From NCBI GenBank assembly GCA_051362555.1, contig CM120647.1, positions 14,856,651-14,920,650 of the forward strand: DNA of 64,000 nucleotides. Direction: 5' to 3'. Position 1 is the stretch's first letter; each line of letters starts with the position of its first letter. Source of the DNA: Lingula anatina (lineage: Eukaryota > Animalia > Brachiopoda). Shown here in pieces: positions 61,764-64,000 of the stretch. Below the pieces are notes generated by a model that was not told the DNA's origin, searched no databases, and saw only the letters and a list, made by a program, of their open reading frames with translations. Position numbers and translations under genes: made by a program.

Positions 61764-63423
61764 CAGGGTTGCTACTTAATATGGAATATTTTTATCGTTG
61801 TTATTTTTGAGTGCTGATTATTTTTTTTTTTGGCTTGAGTCATTAAAAAATGTATGTCACTGAGTGATAAAAACATCCAGTCTTCTGTTGTGAGATATTT
61901 TGGTCAATAATATCAAGTCTGACATAAGAAGCCATTCAAAAGAAAGGAACACCCCCAAAAAACCATATCAATAGTTTGATGTCAGTTTAAACTATAAGAT
62001 AAGGTATTAAAGAAAATGATAGCCTCCGGACAGTGATATGTTACACAGTCAAAGAACTCACTACAGTAAATCATGAAAAGTCAGTAATTGCTGGTATGAC
62101 CTCCAGCAGCCGCTTGCAGCGCCCTCATCCTACATGGCATACCATGTGACACGTTTTTTAGAGTTTGGATGGGGATATCATTCCACGCAGTGATATTTGC
62201 CTGTCGCAGTTCATTACTATTTACCGGCCGAGGACCATAGCTATTAATTATGTGAGTTACTTCCGCCCACAAATTTTCAATTGGGTTCATATCTGGTGAG
62301 TTCGCAGGCCAGGGCAGTTGCTGAACCCATTGGTTTTGAAGAAAAACATTGTTTCTGCGGCCTCGATGTGGGGTTGCGCAGTCGTCTTGGTACACAAAGT
62401 TGTTCCTGAAGATGACTCTTACCAATCGAAGCATTGTTTGCTGTAGAATGTCTCTGTGGGAATCCTGGATGAGGTTGCCTCCTAGAAAAAACAACTGGTT
62501 CTGGGCACCAACATGAAATGCTCCCCAAACAGAGACGTTACCATCCCCTGCTTGCACCCTAGGCAGTACACAATCATCGTTTTATGCCCCTCGTACACGT
62601 CGGTGGACACGGATTCCACCATCAACCCTAAAAAATCCGTATCTGGCCGCATTACTGAAAACGACGTGATTCCAGTGTTTTGGCTGCAAACGCATGTGGT
62701 CCCCAGCCCATTGCAGACGTCGCTGTATATGACCTGCTGTTAACAGCGGTTTCCCTACTGGTCTTCGTGCAAAATAACCAGCTTGCAGTAATCTCTTTTT
62801 CATGATGTACCTTGAAACGGGCGTTTGAATGACATCACACCTCTCTTTTCTGAGGACACTGGTTGTCTTTGTACGACCAGCACGGCGTCCTCTAGGGAGA
62901 AGGCGATCCTGTCTTCTTGGCGTGATACGCGGACACCCTGGTCGAGGTATTGGAGTAGGTGCCCCTGTTGCAGCATTTCTTTGGAGGACTTCACAAACGG
63001 TTCCTGATAAATGTTGAATCACCTGGCAATGGCTGTCCGTTTCTGGCCATTTTCTCTGAGAGCAAGAATCCCATAGTAAGCTGCGTTGCTTAGCTGTCGA
63101 ACCATATCTTCACTAAGGTACCTGTCAAGTTTCAGAGCGATCCCTTTGTTGCTTCTCTAAACACATTCCAAAGATTGACCAAAACCATGCGTTTTTATAC
63201 AAGGGCAGTAATTGCCGAAAAGACCACCCCTCACATTTATAACCACAGAACATGCAACTGCATGCATCAATTGTTTCGAGAGTTGTGTGGTAATTAGGTT
63301 ACACACCTGGCTACACATGAAGTGACACCTAAGCTTTGGATTTAAAGTAGTTAGGGAGAAATTAAATATTTTGTAGAAAATTTACTCGCCAAAAATAATA
63401 TTCCATATTAAGTGGTAACCCTG
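61764..63423 (-). mobile_element. Tc1-family DNA transposon, 1660 bp
   Basis: TIRs CAGGGTTGCTACTTAATATGGAATATT / AATATTCCATATTAAGTGGTAACCCTG, TA on both sides; empty site in the paralogous region near 55840. Confidence 0.93.
62081..63105 (-). pseudogene. Degenerate DD34E Tc1 transposase
   Basis: YQDD-x34-E ending WPANSPDMNPIENLW; first Asp changed (VFSNAARY); in-frame TGA after TAIAR and frameshifts split it over several ORFs. Confidence 0.9.
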
Positions 63424-64000
63424 TATAGTATAGTACATTTTGTCTTAAACAAAAATATTCATTTTAATCATCCCAAATTGTTAAAAAGGTAATAGAAGAT
63501 ATAAAATAAAAATTACCTTGTGTGGAAATATTCGACAGTGATGTTGGCAGAAGTCTTCCAATGCGCCCTCCTTTCTATTGGTTTGCCTACACATAAATAT
63601 TGGCGAGAGAATCAGTTCTGGGCATCCTTTTATTCGCTCTTGTTTTTACATTTTCGGCTGTCCCCAACTGTGGTGGGTGGCAGCGGTAGATCCGTAATTA
63701 TATCACTTAATTAGAGACAATTGGTTTAAGTTTCCTATTTGTCACAGCTGTTCATGCTGGATCCGGAGTAAATCGAGGGTGACATTGCTGTAAGGGTTAG
63801 TTTATCGGTTATTACTGCTCGTTATTGGTCAATTATCATAAATTATCATACCTGGCAGGTGTGCCAGGACCCTTGATGCCTTACATGTTTGCAATTTGAT
63901 TTAATCCTGGACAACAGATTAAGGTGCTGCTAGAATTTGTTTTTAATTAAGAAGTATTTTCACTTTAAGTGGTTGCAGGTGAGCCATTGAATTGTTCAGT

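Overview
AT-rich animal genomic DNA (probably a marine invertebrate; the taxon cannot be fixed from sequence) with spliceosomal introns. The window is mostly a minus-strand tandem array of secreted type-B carboxylesterase/lipase genes, each with three coding exons (142 bp, about 1381 bp, 292 bp; 604 aa). Three copies have an intact Ser-Asp-His triad (A 2846-13604, D 29596-34703, F 57291-61151). Copy B is open but has lost both the nucleophile Ser and the His (16263-24969). Copy E has a single frameshift, copy C is a deleted pseudogene, and exon 1 of a further copy runs off the left edge. One array slot is occupied by two plus-strand paralogues encoding signal peptide, mucin-like stalk, somatomedin-B/Cys-rich domains and a hydrophobic C-terminus, separated by a 13 x 44-bp minisatellite. 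Transposons include a young, intact BEL/Pao LTR retrotransposon in intron 1 of copy A, a degenerate DD34E Tc1 element, older shared Tc1 and Helentron-type relics, a bipartite Rex/Babar-like LINE derivative and several MITEs. Gene models were built by eye from GT/AG sites, reading frame and paralogue comparison; no database searches were run.
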